Source: a virus
Direction: 5' to 3' (one strand)
Length of the DNA: 64,000 nt
Virus record (IMG/VR): IMGVR_UViG_3300032304_000721
Location: 10,097 to 74,096 of that record
Both the position numbers and the translations under genes were made by a program. Each line of letters begins with the position of its first letter. Within the stretch, counting starts at the first letter, position 1. The notes beneath the pieces were generated by a model. The model was given only the letters and a program-made list of their open reading frames with translations. It ran no database searches and had not been told where the DNA came from. Of the stretch, positions 37,961 through 47,646 are shown in pieces.

Positions 37961-39595
37961 TTAAACTATCTGGTTTACACTGGTTCTAACACCGGCCAGC
38001 AATGTATTGGCTTGCCCTTGAGCTTGAGTGGCCAGTCCTTGAGCTTGGCCGGCCAGTCCTTGGGCTTGATTCAGCAGAGCCGTGCCTTGCCCTTGCAGAT
38101 TTTTTAACGCAGTCTGGGCTTTGCCGATATCAAGCGCGGCACCAATACTAGCTGAGTTAGGCAAGTCTGCGCCAAAACTAGGAACAGGTATTTTAGCACT
38201 GCCAAGTATTTTTGTAAATGCTGTATCAACACTGGCACGATTTACTGTGTTGGCAAAACCTGCGGCCTTTTGCACGTTTGACACAAGACTGTCGCCCTGC
38301 GCAATTAATGAATTAAATTGTCCTTGTGCTTGTGTCAACAATGCATTGGCTTGTCCTTGTGCTTGTGTCAATAATGCATTGGCTTGTCCGGTTATTTGTC
38401 CTTGCAACTGACCGGCAGCAGCAAGAGCACGTCCTTGTATCTGACCTGTTAAGGCCGAAACACTAGGCAAATTAGATGTTAAATTGCTGACGTTAAGATT
38501 GGATAATTTGTCTAAACCGCCAGTGAGTGTGCTAGATGCTGTGGCAGCAAATTGACTGGCTTTGCCTAGGCTGTCCATGGCAGTTTTTACTGATGCTAGA
38601 TTAGGAGTTATGCCAGAGGTAAGTGAGCCAAGACTAGGCAAGCCCGGAACTTGACTTGACAATGCTGACAGACCCTTTATGCTGGTCAAGTTTGAAGTTA
38701 GCGTGGTTACTCCAGGCAAACCTTTGGCCCATTGTGCGGTAAGTTGTGTACCATATTGACTGGCATTGGTAACCAAAGACGCTATTTGACTGTTTACACT
38801 GTTGGTTATTGTGGTTGTTGCGGTGGTCAATGCTGAGTTGGCTCCAGTGTACAATTGTCCTACTACAGCTGATAAGGATTGTGCGGCCGGTGTTGTAATT
38901 ACACCGGCTGCCTGCAGACTGTTGTACCCATCACGCATCAAGGTTGCTTGGGCAGAATTCTGTGCGTTAACATTTTGTAAGAACTCGTCAGCAGAAGTAA
39001 TGCCTTCGCGGCCAGTCCATATGCCTGGGGCCGATAACACATCAACTAAGGTGCTGGATCCGTTTCGTAAAAATTGTTGCCAAGTGCCCGGTTTAACATA
39101 TCCAGCCATTTCTAATTGTTGACAACTGAGTCCATATTGCCCTACTCCGGTTTCATTGGTCATGACATCAGCTGCTTGGTCTACAGTGTTGGCCACTTGT
39201 GACATAAGTGCTAGAGTTTGATTGCTGGTCAATGATCCTATAGCCGGAGCAGTAAATCCTGTGCCTGCTATTGACGCTATATTGGCCTGTGTTATAGGAT
39301 TGGTCAACGGAGTATTGATCAAGGATGGGATGTCAGCTGCTGTAGGTAAACCGTTAATAATGGCCAAGATTACAGTGTCGTCAACTCCGGCAGTGCCACG
39401 ATCCAGCCGACTCAGCTCAAATTTAGCCAAGACAGATGTGGTTCCACTAACACTTTGCCCGGGTTCAAATCCTACCAAAGCTCCTGCGGCTACCTGACTA
39501 TAAAATGTAAAGTCAGCCTGATCTTGTGTGGTGCCTTCGGGTGCCTGCATAGTAAATTCTGCGCCAGATGGAAGTGTGTACTTAAATTGGCTCAT
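37961..39595 (-). CDS. Tail/baseplate protein with possible lysozyme-like domain and Gln/Ala-rich repeats
   Basis: GVGQYGL...LEMAGYVKPG...WTGREGI...FL segment; QAQGQANALL repeats; coupled to gp5-like gene. Confidence 0.5.
   Translation of the reverse strand: MSQFKYTLPSGAEFTMQAPEGTTQDQADFTFYSQVAAGALVGFEPGQSVSGTTSVLAKFELSRLDRGTAGVDDTVILAIINGLPTAADIPSLINTPLTNPITQANIASIAGTGFTAPAIGSLTSNQTLALMSQVANTVDQAADVMTNETGVGQYGLSCQQLEMAGYVKPGTWQQFLRNGSSTLVDVLSAPGIWTGREGITSADEFLQNVNAQNSAQATLMRDGYNSLQAAGVITTPAAQSLSAVVGQLYTGANSALTTATTTITNSVNSQIASLVTNASQYGTQLTAQWAKGLPGVTTLTSNLTSIKGLSALSSQVPGLPSLGSLTSGITPNLASVKTAMDSLGKASQFAATASSTLTGGLDKLSNLNVSNLTSNLPSVSALTGQIQGRALAAAGQLQGQITGQANALLTQAQGQANALLTQAQGQFNSLIAQGDSLVSNVQKAAGFANTVNRASVDTAFTKILGSAKIPVPSFGADLPNSASIGAALDIGKAQTALKNLQGQGTALLNQAQGLAGQAQGLATQAQGQANTLLAGVRTSVNQIV
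38318..38389. repeat. 33-bp tandem repeat x2.2 (encodes ANALLTQAQGQ)
   Basis: ttgtccttgtgcttgtgtcaa(c/t)aatgcattggc repeated. Confidence 0.9.
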
Positions 39596-41115
39596 CGGGT
39601 TTTAGTTATAGTTGTGTCGGCTGGAACTGGTGGAGCATCAGGTGGCGGTGTAGGAGCGCCACTAAATTTAACCGATACACTCACACCTTGATTATGATAT
39701 GGATAAGGTTCGTGAGTAGGTGCACGAGTCACTATGCTTTCCAATCCTGTGGGCTGTACTATCCAACCAGCACTGGCATTGAACTCTACGTTGGGTAACA
39801 GGTACTTGGTCAAGCCTGCAGGTGTAGCCACTTCTGTTTTAGGACCACCGTTGAGATTTATTTTGCTTCCATTAAAACTTAGTGTGCTACTTGCGGCCCA
39901 ACTGCCCAATTGACTGGTCATGGCCAACGTACCAGGAGTTTTTAATCCTATACCAGCTTGACTGAACAGAGTCAGCTGACCTTTGTTTGACACAGTCATG
40001 TCTGTGTCACTTTGCATGGTTGTGCCCTTGGTGCTTTTCATGTTGATTTTTCCGCCGGCAAACATGTTGATATCTTCATCAGCATGCAGATTAATAGTGC
40101 CTTGTGTGCGTAGATTCACACTGTTGGTAGTGTAGACATCTAAGGTACCTTCTTGACCTAGTTCAATGTAGGCCTGGCCGTTGGCATGGCAAATGTACAA
40201 GCAGTCGCCGTCGTCACTCATGGTAATTTGATGGCCTTTGCTGGTGCGAATGCGTACAAGATTGTCATTGCCTTGCAAGTCGCCATCATCCATGACTAGG
40301 GTGTGGCCGCCACGTCGTGCTATCACTGTGGCTGCATTGGGTGCCGCGGCATTTAAAGTTTGACCAGTAATCCCTGCTTCGCCGCCGGCACCTGCGCCAA
40401 TACCACCTTGATAAATTGCACGTCCAGGAGTGCTAATACCGTAGCAGTTGCTAGGGCTTTCTCGTTGGCTAGTGCTGCCAATACTTCCACGCACTTGGTC
40501 GTTGATTAGGCCTTGTTGAAACAACACACCAGCCAGATAACTGTGTACTGGTTTAGGTTGATCAAAATATTTGGGATTTTGACTGATTTGTTTGTTGGTA
40601 TTATTGATTTCTGTTACGGGCAGTCGTTCAGACCCAGCAAAGTAACTGGTCTGAGTGGCATTTTGTGTCATGGCCTGATCTTTGACAACAGACCCAATGG
40701 CAGGAATCATGTGCGTAATTCCTTGAGTCGGAACACAACCTATGTAGTAGCCAGTTGGTTCGCCAGCAACAAACAAGCACAACACTTGTACTCCAATGTC
40801 GGGCGGTGTAAACCACATGCCATAACTTTGTGGATTGCCCTGTTCAAATGCTCCTGTGCCTGCACCAGCACCAGCTGGAGTAGATCCATAGAATGGTGGA
40901 CAGTAGCTCACAGTGGCCCATGTTTGTGAATTGGTTGGATCTGGACTGCCAAACTGTTGGATATAAACTTGGAGTTTTCCTGAACGTGCAGAGTCAACGT
41001 TGTTTTTTACTATGCCAATGTACGCCCCGGGAGGTACCGGCATACCTCCACGATCGGGTTTGTAATTACGTGGTTTTCCTGCGCTGAGTTCTAGATTCTC
41101 GCCTGACATGGTCAC
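39592..41115 (-). CDS. gp5: Baseplate hub/spike protein, gp5/VgrG-like
   Basis: N-terminal OB-fold (YIGIVKNNVD...GKLQVYI...YGMWFTPPDIGVQVL) and beta-helix repeats (GHTLVMDD, GHQITMSD). Confidence 0.8.
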   Translation of the reverse strand: MTMSGENLELSAGKPRNYKPDRGGMPVPPGAYIGIVKNNVDSARSGKLQVYIQQFGSPDPTNSQTWATVSYCPPFYGSTPAGAGAGTGAFEQGNPQSYGMWFTPPDIGVQVLCLFVAGEPTGYYIGCVPTQGITHMIPAIGSVVKDQAMTQNATQTSYFAGSERLPVTEINNTNKQISQNPKYFDQPKPVHSYLAGVLFQQGLINDQVRGSIGSTSQRESPSNCYGISTPGRAIYQGGIGAGAGGEAGITGQTLNAAAPNAATVIARRGGHTLVMDDGDLQGNDNLVRIRTSKGHQITMSDDGDCLYICHANGQAYIELGQEGTLDVYTTNSVNLRTQGTINLHADEDINMFAGGKINMKSTKGTTMQSDTDMTVSNKGQLTLFSQAGIGLKTPGTLAMTSQLGSWAASSTLSFNGSKINLNGGPKTEVATPAGLTKYLLPNVEFNASAGWIVQPTGLESIVTRAPTHEPYPYHNQGVSVSVKFSGAPTPPPDAPPVPADTTITKTR

Positions 41116-42833
41116 TCATCCTTTGCTATTTGTTGTGATGCTCTTGTGTTTGGTGCAAACGGACTGGTACGTCCTGCAAATGCCCCAGTCTGTCCTGCAA
41201 ATGCCCCAGTCTGTCCTGCAAATGCCCCAGTCTGTCCTGCAAACGGTGACCGAATGTCGCCGCTTGATGTTGGAGCTGCAGGAGGTGCCGCTGGTTGCGG
41301 CGATGGCAATGCCGACCCAGCTGTGCCAGCAGGATCATAAAGATCACCGTATTCGTTTCTGCGCAGATTGGATACCTGTCCAGTTTCATCCACAACCTCA
41401 GATCCCAACGAACCATCATTAGGTATACCAGTGGTGCGCGAAGCAGCGGTGGCAGTGGCAGCGGGCGTAGTTGCTGGTCTTCCGGCACCAGTGGCAGCGG
41501 ATGCTTTTACCTCACCTGTTAATAATTTACCTGTGAGTTCCTGTTCAAACTTGCCTTTGCTGAATATACTTTTGCATTCAATGGCTGTAAACGTATAATT
41601 TTCTTGCGGTAATCCTTGACGGTTCATGGCGTTGGTATTCATAATGCCGGTGTTAAAATCATAATCCACAGGTTGATTAAAACTCACGTCAAACATGATT
41701 GCCGAAGCATCAAAGTTGATACTACCGTCAGGGGTAAATGGAGCAAAGTTAAATGTTCTAGCACTTACTCCAAGACCACATTCACCCTGTTGTAACCAAG
41801 CCGGATCTCCAACAATACGCATTTTGACTGTGCTCAACGACTTGGGATCATATAAAAAACTAGCAGCATTGTCGCTGGGTTCGTTGGCATAGTCCTTGGC
41901 ACCTTGAGCATGATTTTCACTGGTAGCCACATAGATTTTGCGATTTTGATCGCGCCAATCTGTTTTGAGCTTTTTTTGTATGTTGGCGCCAATGCCGGTT
42001 AGGGCTATACGATAAGCATTGTCATATTTTTGTTCGTAGCTTAGGATCTGTGTGTTCTGCCCAGTGAACCAATATTGATACGACTTGTGTACTCCACGAT
42101 ACCGACTTTCAGGATAATATTGGCTGATCATTTGTGCAGGTTGGTATGGACTAACAATAAATCTCATTCGATAAGCAAAATCATTTATAATGTTGTCTTT
42201 GCCCAGTGGTTCTGCAGCCACACTAATTTTAAACCAAGCCATGGGTTTGCCAGTACCCGGACTAGAAACTTGTTTTTGTACACCGGTTACTGGATCCGGT
42301 ACTGGGCTAATTTGCACTATCTGTTGATCTGTAATAAAACTGCTGACACGCATCACGTTGTCAATTACTTGTACAATTTGTGATCCGGCCGATACTGGCC
42401 AAGTCATAGCACTGAGATTTACACTATTTTCATCTGGGTCAAGTTTCTTTGCAGTGGCATTGTTCTGCATAGGAGCTTGAGCTTTATTTTGATCTCCGGG
42501 ACGCTTGATTGTAGAATCACCTAGAGCCGCTGGGGCAAATTCAATCACATACTGGTCAGGAATTTCACGTTTTTTATCTTTGACCAATTGCGCTTGAAAT
42601 TGGTTAAGGGCAGCACATAGGCCAGTAAACAGATTTTCTTTGCCGGCTACTGGAGCAGCCGAGGCTTTGGCCGGTGCACCGGTGTTGTTAATACCTGCAG
42701 TAAAACCACCAGACGTGGAGCCTGTAGCCTCGGCCGCAGCCGCTGAACCGCCAAACTCAGCGGCAAAACTGTCGCCGCGAACGCCAGCATTTTCCTCTAC
42801 TGGTGGTGGGCGTAAGCGTTGTCCTCTTGCCAT
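41112..42833 (-). CDS. Baseplate hub-like protein, C-terminal part
   Basis: YQYWFTGQNTQIL, MRIVGDPAWL and FSKGKFEQEL motifs; upstream of gp5-like gene; AGGAG RBS. Confidence 0.55.
   Translation of the reverse strand: MARGQRLRPPPVEENAGVRGDSFAAEFGGSAAAAEATGSTSGGFTAGINNTGAPAKASAAPVAGKENLFTGLCAALNQFQAQLVKDKKREIPDQYVIEFAPAALGDSTIKRPGDQNKAQAPMQNNATAKKLDPDENSVNLSAMTWPVSAGSQIVQVIDNVMRVSSFITDQQIVQISPVPDPVTGVQKQVSSPGTGKPMAWFKISVAAEPLGKDNIINDFAYRMRFIVSPYQPAQMISQYYPESRYRGVHKSYQYWFTGQNTQILSYEQKYDNAYRIALTGIGANIQKKLKTDWRDQNRKIYVATSENHAQGAKDYANEPSDNAASFLYDPKSLSTVKMRIVGDPAWLQQGECGLGVSARTFNFAPFTPDGSINFDASAIMFDVSFNQPVDYDFNTGIMNTNAMNRQGLPQENYTFTAIECKSIFSKGKFEQELTGKLLTGEVKASAATGAGRPATTPAATATAASRTTGIPNDGSLGSEVVDETGQVSNLRRNEYGDLYDPAGTAGSALPSPQPAAPPAAPTSSGDIRSPFAGQTGAFAGQTGAFAGQTGAFAGRTSPFAPNTRASQQIAKDE
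41171..41243. repeat. 21-bp perfect tandem repeat x3.5 (encodes FAGQTGA)
   Basis: gtcctgcaaatgccccagtct repeated. Confidence 0.95.
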
Positions 42834-42837
42834 AGTG

Positions 42838-44154
42838 TTATGCTCCTACTACGTTGAAAGGACTGGTTGTGTCGCCGGTAAAATTACCATTGGCATCAAC
42901 TCCGGCATTGGCTTGATCAATGGCCACCGACGCAGCCACTGCTTCATTGACTGGAGCAGGTTGATCTTTTCTGGCACCAGGATCGGTAGTATTTTTTACA
43001 GTTATTGGTTTGCCATTTAACAATTGATTTACAGTTTGTCCAGTCATGACAAAGTCATGTGGAATTGTGCCACGGTCAGTACTACTGTTATATTTCATAG
43101 GAATAGGTTTGCCAAAGATTGAATATTCTATGGCTTTGTTGGCCACTGTAAATTTTATATCTGTCAAAGTAAACGGATAATACTTGGTAATCACAGCTGT
43201 CTGTCCGTACCCACCGCTGGCACTACTACTGTTGGTGCTGTAGGTTCCTTTTGCTGGTGCAACCAAGTTGCCATTTACATCGTATCCGTAGAATTGTATG
43301 ACCAAACAGTATTGTGCTGTGAGGTAGTTGGGGGTATCATTGGTGCCGCTGGTGGTAGGTGTGGCGCCGTATACTGATTTTACAGCATTGAACAAACTTT
43401 GTATCAGTGTGATGCCGTTGGGCTCGGTTACTCGAAATCGTATGTCCACAGCATTGTTGGCCGCATTTTTCCCACCGCCCCATATCTTGCTACTGATTTC
43501 AAGATCGTCCATGTAGTAGTCCACAGGAAACGCTGGACTACGGCCTTTGGTTGCCGCACCGCCACTTTGCATCAGCAGTTGCCAACCGGATATATTGGCC
43601 TTTTGTGTGTTGACCATGGCGGTAAATTGTGCCGGACTCAGCAGATACCAACTGATGCCATAGGTATAACTGGCATACTGATCCAGTTGATTGGGTTGTG
43701 TTGGGATAAGCTGATTGGCGTTCCCAGTTGAAAACACAGCCAGTACCTGTTGTGTGGCTGCGGTGTTAGGGCCTGGGTTGTTGTCGGACCCTTTGGATTC
43801 AAATGCGTTGGATGAGGTGCCAGCGCCGGTGCCACCCGATGTGGGTGCTTGAGTAGGACCGTCATCTCTGGCATTGGGTGCTGGCGTGCTTTGACTTTGA
43901 CCGGTGGTTACTGCGGGGCTGGCTAGCTCAGGCGAAGGAGAGGTTATGATTTCTTGTAAACGATTGGCGGCGTCAAGATATTGTGGTGTCAGTGCGCTAG
44001 CCTGTTGTTGATATTGTTGTGCCTGTGGCGACCCGATACCAAATTCTCTAGCGGCTGCATCACGCTGATCCAACAGAGCATCAACTTGTTGTTTGAGTGC
44101 ATCTTTTTGTGCCAGGGCTTCGTTATAGCCTGGTTTGGAATTTAAACTGCTCAT
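42838..44154 (-). CDS. Baseplate hub-like protein, N-terminal part
   Basis: PNQLDQYASYTY...YYMDDLEI...FRVTEPNGITL...IQFYGYD; follows gp53. Confidence 0.55.
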   Translation of the reverse strand: MSSLNSKPGYNEALAQKDALKQQVDALLDQRDAAAREFGIGSPQAQQYQQQASALTPQYLDAANRLQEIITSPSPELASPAVTTGQSQSTPAPNARDDGPTQAPTSGGTGAGTSSNAFESKGSDNNPGPNTAATQQVLAVFSTGNANQLIPTQPNQLDQYASYTYGISWYLLSPAQFTAMVNTQKANISGWQLLMQSGGAATKGRSPAFPVDYYMDDLEISSKIWGGGKNAANNAVDIRFRVTEPNGITLIQSLFNAVKSVYGATPTTSGTNDTPNYLTAQYCLVIQFYGYDVNGNLVAPAKGTYSTNSSSASGGYGQTAVITKYYPFTLTDIKFTVANKAIEYSIFGKPIPMKYNSSTDRGTIPHDFVMTGQTVNQLLNGKPITVKNTTDPGARKDQPAPVNEAVAASVAIDQANAGVDANGNFTGDTTSPFNVVGA

Positions 44155-44155
44155 A

Positions 44156-44458
44156 TCAGAATCCCAACACTGTTTTTAAGGTGTCAATTTTTGGCAAGTA
44201 AATTACAGCGCCTGCTTCAAAGTCCATGGGCGGCGCTGTTAGAGTATTAGGATTGCGTTGATAAAACACCCACCATAGACCAGCATCGCCGTACAGGTCA
44301 TAGGCCAACAGGTCTGGTCTGTATTGAAACGTAGTATTGATAGTAAACATGATGTCGTCGGTGCTTTTGGGTATGGGTCTATTGACCATGACATCTAAAA
44401 AGAATTGGCTATATCCTGTTAGAAAATACGGACTGGTGCTAGAATATTGATCGCTCAT
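44156..44458 (-). CDS. gp53: Baseplate wedge protein gp53-like (LysM-like)
   Basis: YRPDLLAYDLYGDAGLWWVF...N...IYLP. Confidence 0.8.
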   Translation of the reverse strand: MSDQYSSTSPYFLTGYSQFFLDVMVNRPIPKSTDDIMFTINTTFQYRPDLLAYDLYGDAGLWWVFYQRNPNTLTAPPMDFEAGAVIYLPKIDTLKTVLGF

Positions 44459-45558
44459 TACCAGAACCCTCCTTTGAGTAATTGACCATTAGCAAATCCT
44501 TTGAGACTAAATTGTCGACTGACCTGTTGACGACTTTGCACTGGCAACAAGGTCAACTGTATATCTATCTTGCTGGGCACATAGGTAGGATTATTTAATA
44601 GACCCTGCAAAGGCGCCGGTATGGCATTTTGAGCGCCTGGCGGCAAGAATGCTGTGGCCAGTCTTGTTGCTGTGGGTGCTACAGCATTTAGCGTAGTAGA
44701 ATATAAATTTTGCAAAGGTTGTAGGTTCAATCCAAGATTGTTTGCACTTCCTGAACTGATATAATCAACATCAGCTGGTAATACATAGTTGAATGATTGT
44801 ACTAGGCAAGGATGGTTGTTGAACTGATAGTCGCCCAGACCACTTAGGAACACTAAAGGTGGTGGGCTTCCGCGCTGTGCATCTTGGCCATAAAACATTT
44901 TGGTCACTGAACGGAAAAAATGAATTACTGCCAGCACATAAGATGCATCTGCGGTGCTTTGAGCAGTAAAGGTAGCATTCATGTTGATTGCATCTGTGTA
45001 ACTATTCTGATAAAAATATCCCCGATAGTTTGAGTGAGTCAAATCATAGTTGCTATAGTTGGCCTTGTAGGCTGTGGTTATAGACGGAGTGTAGGGAAAT
45101 ATTACTCCATTGGTAACTTTTAACGGTTGCAACAAGCCAGCGTCTGGCGCTGCATATAGGTATGTGGCACCTGGTGCCAATCTAAGGGTCACACGCCAGT
45201 CAGTATTACGTGGCATTTGTTGTGTTAAATTGGTATTGGTCTCTTGGTTCTGTGCCTGGACCACTCCAGAGGTCACTTCACTTTGAGTGCTATTTAAGGG
45301 CCGACCAGTTTCGTCATCAACTTCGGCCGCACGAAATAACGATCCGTTTTTAAACGTGTTACCCAGACTGTCGGTGGTGTATTGATCTCCAGACTCTTCT
45401 GGTTCGTCGCCGTAGCCCACTGCTGATGCTGGTGGCACTGGTTCTGCGGAGGTTCGTACGTCTGACGCTGGCACTGCCACAGTTTCGCCTGCACTGAGTC
45501 CGGCTTGGTAGTCGCCGTCGCCCGGATCAACTGGATCGTTTTCGTTAATATCTGCCAT
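44458..45558 (-). CDS. Tail tube initiator / baseplate-tube junction protein (gp48/gp54-like)
   Basis: VIFPYTPSI...THSNY...FTAQ...GSPPPLVFL; likely start ATG 45558 below TAAATA at 45577-45582. Confidence 0.6.
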   Translation of the reverse strand: MADINENDPVDPGDGDYQAGLSAGETVAVPASDVRTSAEPVPPASAVGYGDEPEESGDQYTTDSLGNTFKNGSLFRAAEVDDETGRPLNSTQSEVTSGVVQAQNQETNTNLTQQMPRNTDWRVTLRLAPGATYLYAAPDAGLLQPLKVTNGVIFPYTPSITTAYKANYSNYDLTHSNYRGYFYQNSYTDAINMNATFTAQSTADASYVLAVIHFFRSVTKMFYGQDAQRGSPPPLVFLSGLGDYQFNNHPCLVQSFNYVLPADVDYISSGSANNLGLNLQPLQNLYSTTLNAVAPTATRLATAFLPPGAQNAIPAPLQGLLNNPTYVPSKIDIQLTLLPVQSRQQVSRQFSLKGFANGQLLKGGFW

Positions 45559-45618
45559 GTGTGTTCTCTTGTACAATATTTAGTGGAAAAATAAACCACC
45601 CAGATAATGATTTAAAGG

Positions 45619-45651
45619 TTGACAACCGTGGTTTTTGTGCTACAATAAATA
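45619..45651 (+). promoter_or_regulatory. Sigma70 promoter TTGACA-N16-TACAAT (extended -10) with overlapping late core TAAATA
   Basis: TTGACA 45619-24, TGcTACAAT 45638-46, TAAATA 45646-51. Confidence 0.7.
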
Positions 45652-45671
45652 TACTATTAGGAGATCAACGA

Positions 45672-46586
45672 GTGTCAACCACCCCCACAAGAACACCAGC
45701 AAAAACGAATTATTTAAATAATCGTGACATCTTAAAACAAATACACCTAAGCAAAAATACCTACTGTACCTATCTAGATCCGGTTGCAGATCATCAGTAT
45801 GATATTATTTTACCCACGCTGGCCAAGATCAATCAACGTACCATTGCCGAAGCTAGACGCAATCGGGCTGATAGATTAAAGCGTGAAGGCGTTGTTGTAG
45901 ACCCAAAAAAGATACCAAATACTGATCTGGTGTTTAGAATCACTTGTTGGGATCACATACCAATGGCACCTAAAAAAGTGCCCAAGACCGCGGCAAAAAA
46001 GAAAAAAATTGAAGATATTTTTGAACTGGAACTGGATGCCGAAGAAGATCCCCTGGCAGAATTGTTGGATATTCCTGTTCTGGACGAAAAGCATGTGCGC
46101 CTAAACTTTCCGCCATTTTATCACTATCGCTTGGATGAAAACAAGCAACCGTTCCAAGTGGGCAAGAGCCACTGGATTGGCGATTTTGAACACGGTGAAT
46201 TCTCCAAAGATCACGGCAATGCCACACGCACGCTTGCTACTATGTACATGAAGCTGTGTGAACGCTATGCTACTCGATCAAACTGGCGCGGTTATACCTA
46301 CAATGAAGAAATGCGAGGACAGGCTCTGCTACAGTTGAGTCAGATTGGTCTACAATTTGACGAATCAAAAAGTCAAAATCCATTTGCTTACTACACTGCG
46401 GCTATCACCAACAGCTTCACCAGAATTTTGAATCTTGAAAAGAAAAATCAAAACATTCGTGACGACATGCTAGAACAAGCTGGACTGAACCCTTCGTGGA
46501 CTAGACAAAACGCAGGTAAAAAGAATCCTAACTTTGGCGCTGTGGTCACTAATATTGACATTGCCGAATATAACAACAACGATTAA
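45672..46586 (+). CDS. gp55: Late-transcription sigma factor, T4 gp55-like
   Basis: NYLNNRD and NWRGYTYNEEM...FDESKSQNPFAYYT motifs; GTG start at 45672 after AGGAG. Confidence 0.85.
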   Translation: MSTTPTRTPAKTNYLNNRDILKQIHLSKNTYCTYLDPVADHQYDIILPTLAKINQRTIAEARRNRADRLKREGVVVDPKKIPNTDLVFRITCWDHIPMAPKKVPKTAAKKKKIEDIFELELDAEEDPLAELLDIPVLDEKHVRLNFPPFYHYRLDENKQPFQVGKSHWIGDFEHGEFSKDHGNATRTLATMYMKLCERYATRSNWRGYTYNEEMRGQALLQLSQIGLQFDESKSQNPFAYYTAAITNSFTRILNLEKKNQNIRDDMLEQAGLNPSWTRQNAGKKNPNFGAVVTNIDIAEYNNND

Positions 46587-46595
46587 CCAGATGGG

Positions 46596-46624
46596 TTGCA
46601 AAACCCGTCTTTGTAGTGTATACT
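46596..46624 (+). promoter_or_regulatory. Sigma70-type promoter TTGCAA-N17-TATACT
   Basis: Exact 17-nt spacing; ATG 8 nt downstream. Confidence 0.65.
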
Positions 46625-46632
46625 TCTAAACT

Positions 46633-47646
46633 ATGAGTCTATTTAAAAAAGTAGCAGTCTGTACCGATATCCACTTTGGCCTAAAGTCCAACAGCCTACA
46701 ACACAATCAAGATTGCAGTGATTTTATTGATTGGTTTATTGCAACAGCCAAAGAGCAAGGTTGTGAAACTGGCATGTTTCTAGGTGATTGGAGCCATCAA
46801 CGTGCGGCAATTAATATGCAAACGTTACAGTATAGTCTGCGTAGTTTGGAAAAATTATCAGCGGCATTTGACCGCTTTTACTTTATTCCGGGCAATCACG
46901 ATTTATACTATAGAGACAAACGCGATATCTATTCAACAGAATGGGCCAAGCACATACCCAATATTCAAATTGTTAACGATTGGTTTCAAGACGGTGATGT
47001 TGTAATTGCGCCTTGGCTAGTTGGGGATGATCATAAACGCATACCAAAACTCAAGGGTCAGTACATGTTTGGACATTTTGAACTGCCACACTTTAAAATG
47101 AATGCCATGGTAGAAATGCCCGATCACGGCGAAATACAGGTTGCTAGCTTCAGCGGATTCGATCGAGTTTTTAGTGGTCACTTTCACCTGCGTCAACAAA
47201 AGCGCAACATCAGTTATATTGGCAACTGCTTTCCACACAACTTTGCCGATGCTGGTGATTCGGCACGTGGCATGATGATCCTAGAATGGGGCAGTACTCC
47301 GGTATATCATGCCTGGCCAGGTCAACCCCTATATCGAGTAATGAGGCTCAGTGAAGCCATTGACAATGGCATCAACATATTTGTGCCCAACATGCATGTG
47401 CGTGTGGAACTGGATATTGACATCAGTTACGAAGAAGCCAACTTTATCAAAGAAACATTTGTCAAGGATTATCGTTTGCGAGAAATGGCATTGATTCCTG
47501 TTAAAAGTAGTGCGGTGGACGCAGATATGTCCCCAGGAGAAGTCAAGTTTGAAAGCGTGGATCAAATTGTCACAGATCAGATCACCAATATCGAAAGTGA
47601 ATTCTACGATCCCAAGCTGTTGTTGAAAATTTATCAAAATCTATGA
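46633..47646 (+). CDS. gp47: Recombination endonuclease subunit, gp47 (Mre11/SbcD-like)
   Basis: DIHFG, GDW, GNHD, GHFE, SGHFH phosphoesterase motifs. Confidence 0.93.
   Translation: MSLFKKVAVCTDIHFGLKSNSLQHNQDCSDFIDWFIATAKEQGCETGMFLGDWSHQRAAINMQTLQYSLRSLEKLSAAFDRFYFIPGNHDLYYRDKRDIYSTEWAKHIPNIQIVNDWFQDGDVVIAPWLVGDDHKRIPKLKGQYMFGHFELPHFKMNAMVEMPDHGEIQVASFSGFDRVFSGHFHLRQQKRNISYIGNCFPHNFADAGDSARGMMILEWGSTPVYHAWPGQPLYRVMRLSEAIDNGINIFVPNMHVRVELDIDISYEEANFIKETFVKDYRLREMALIPVKSSAVDADMSPGEVKFESVDQIVTDQITNIESEFYDPKLLLKIYQNL

Noticed and set aside
41171-41243. Tandem repeats as a CRISPR or guide-RNA array
   Set aside because: No spacers; units are in-frame multiples of 3 within a CDS; no cas-like genes in the window.
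42825-42870. Programmed frameshift or readthrough joining the two hub ORFs
   Set aside because: Downstream ORF is in the +1 frame with a stop just upstream, and it has its own AGGAG RBS.
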